NCBI GenBank assembly: GCA_011109175.1
Contig: RDEW01000006.1
Location: 5,612 to 69,611, forward strand
Length of the DNA stretch: 64,000 nt
From: Dicyema japonicum
Lineage: Eukaryota > Animalia > Dicyemida
Direction: 5' to 3'
Below are positions 61,791-64,000 of the stretch, piece by piece. Within the stretch, counting starts at the first letter, position 1. The number at the start of each line of letters is the position of its first letter. Made by a program: the position numbers and the translations under genes. The notes below the pieces were generated by a model. It ran no database searches and was not told the DNA's origin. It saw only the letters and a list, made by a program, of their open reading frames with translations.

Positions 61791-63199
61791 TTCCGAGGCA
61801 CCCATATTTAATGTTCTTGGCATTTAGATCACCCACTAGGATAGACATATCGTTCGTACACGACATTGTGGTACACATTGTTAAATCGACATTTAGCTTT
61901 CTGCTCTAGGTTTTCTTAAATTCATAGACATCATGGGATCCACTTAACTCAAGAGATGTCTCAACGGCATCCAAAAAGAATTCCTCCTTGCTTCAGTTAA
62001 AGGATTCACAATAGGTAATGGGTATGCGCTTAAAAAGATTGTGTCTCATGCTTAGTGGCATTATTTTTATTTGGACACTAACGTGATGCCAAGATCATGA
62101 CAAAGCATGTGCTAACACGAAAGTTATCAATCTAATAAACATCGCCCTTCTTTTTTTTCGTGAAAAATTGCATGCTTGAAGAACTCAAACTACTGTCATT
62201 GTTTTAACGTGCAAATGCTATAAATCTCACTCGGGAGTTATCCAAATCGATGCACCAACTAGAGCGTCATTTTAATCTGTTGTTTCAAAGAATAAGTGGG
62301 TGATCATTTTTGCTATCGAAATATTTTTTGTGAGGAGTTTACTATTGATTTTGATTAAATCAGATTGAGAACAACCGGAAGGGTTATTTTAAATCTACCT
62401 TCGAATTTCGGGGATTCCACTGTGAAATACACTTCCATCATATATTTCGATGAAGTTGTAGGGTCAAGACCCTCTATGTGTCCGAAAAGTTTCCATTGAT
62501 CTTTGATAATTGCTTTTGATAGTTTCAAGATCTTTTAATTTGGTGTTATTGGTTACCAATGACCACACGTATTTTCCTTTTGTGGAACGCATAGAGTCTA
62601 TTATGTTCATTATTTTATAATTTCAACGTGACTGCATTATATAATTAGGAGGCAAAAATTACTTTTTGAGAAGACCTTACGGTTCAGAAACTCAGACAAA
62701 TAGTGTTGAAAATACTTAGAGTTCACTAATTCCTCGGAAATCTCAGCTTTAGATAATTTTAGAACCATAAATTTTATGGACATACGAGCATCTTCAATGC
62801 AGTTCCCCAAAACAATATCAATTTTGCAAAGATCCTCAAATTTCCTCAAAAAATTTGAAAAATTCTGAAACATGAAGCCATTAATTTATGAAATAAAAGA
62901 AATAAGAAATATTTTCAATTTCTGACAATATAAGGCAGTAGAATATGACCATATAAATACAAAATGTGCTGTATGAGTTCGGATAGTATAGGAATTCTTA
63001 CTACATTATTTGAAAACGCATTTTTTGTTGGACCAATTAACACATCTTTCTTTCACAAATTATTTGGGACACTTAAAATTTATTATTTTTAATTTAATTA
63101 TTTTTTATGTTATAAGTTTACAACTTTTTTAAGTCAAGAAAACTTATTTATTTATAATCGCTTACACAAGAGAGTACGGAAGGAAGGCTTCAACCGGCA

Positions 63200-63745
63200 A
63201 TAGAGGTTACTGTGGAGAGAAGAGCATTGCCGTTCAGCAAATGGAAAAAAGTATTAGGTCTGACTTTCGATACGCACATGAACTATTCGAGACACGTCAC
63301 TAACGTGCTGAACACATGTGAGAAGAAAATCAACCTTCTGAAATGCCTAACAGGTCTATGGAAAATTGTGCATCACCTTTACTTAAAACGTTCTACTCAC
63401 AGTACATCGAACCATGCATTTCATATGCGGGTACTTCATAGGGACCACTGGCCTCTTATACGAACATCCAGAAAATCTCCGCAACCCAGAAAAGGGCCTT
63501 CAAGCTAACGGAGAGATGGTACACAGGGGAAAATATTAAATCACCAACGCCCATGGAGAAACTAATCGAAAAAACAAGAATGGACACCAATGCCAAAAAG
63601 AAAGTGCTCGTCCGCAACGTAATTGTGTAAGCTCAAAAGATCAAAACCAAGAAAAGATGAGAGACTTGATCCAATTCGTCGGGATCACTTAGTTTAGTTT
63701 TAATTTGGTTTAACACTGGTCTTTTGAATTTATTTAATTTAATAA
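63200..63745 (+). mobile_element. 5'-truncated Ingi/Vingi-like LINE (diverged subfamily)
   Basis: KVLGLTFDTHMNYSRHV..CEKKINLLKCL; ends GGGATCACTTAG...ATTTATTTAATTTAAT. Confidence 0.75.
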
Positions 63746-63810
63746 TCAAAATGTCGCGTTGCATCATGTGGTGGTTAATAGGTAGATATTTTATTTTCCT
63801 TCGCTATAAT

Positions 63811-63874
63811 GGCTTCATTGGATACATCTTACTCAGGAGATGCAAAATGCCAGGCCAGCATTCAAAAGGATCCA
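63811..63874 (+). ncRNA. HDV-like element downstream of a LINE tail
   Basis: P2 TGGATAC/GGATCCA, P4 AATGC/GCATT, J4/2 CAAAA. Same subfamily as the 40330-40383 copy, with a shared downstream leader. Confidence 0.55.
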
Positions 63875-64000
63875 ACTATTTATTCCATTGGGAGACAAAT
63901 TTGTCCCTGGCGACGAGTTCTAAAATCGCCCTCAGCTCTCCGAACAACTTCCTCTGAATCACTGTTCTTGGGTAATAGTTTTGTTGGAATGCGTCTGGAT

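Noticed and set aside
1-64000. Prokaryotic features (CRISPR arrays, operons, rRNA) or intact protein-coding genes
   Set aside because: No regular repeat-spacer array or rRNA similarity was seen. All recognisable ORFs are TE or pseudogene fragments with stops or frameshifts.

Overview
AT-rich eukaryotic DNA with no intact host gene that I can support. It is a mosaic of decayed non-LTR retrotransposons (RTE, Ingi/Vingi-like I-group, Jockey/CR1-type, CRE-like and R4/Dong-like RLE), pogo/Tigger remnants, a tRNA-derived SINE, dispersed and segmental duplications, and intron-retaining pseudogenes (two PRPF4/PRP4 copies and a multi-cbEGF gene). The GT-AG introns are only 21-27 nt, which points to a micro-intron host; a dicyemid-like parasite is a guess, not a call. 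The most striking signal is a ~60-nt element found 10 times with compensatory base changes. It folds into the HDV-like double-pseudoknot topology and heads (i) a near-full Ingi/Vingi-like LINE with a degenerate 2A-like motif before its endonuclease, (ii) two minimal head+tail non-autonomous elements, and (iii) composite duplications. All structures and homologies were assigned by eye; no folding software or database search was run. An assembly gap lies at 9298-9935.
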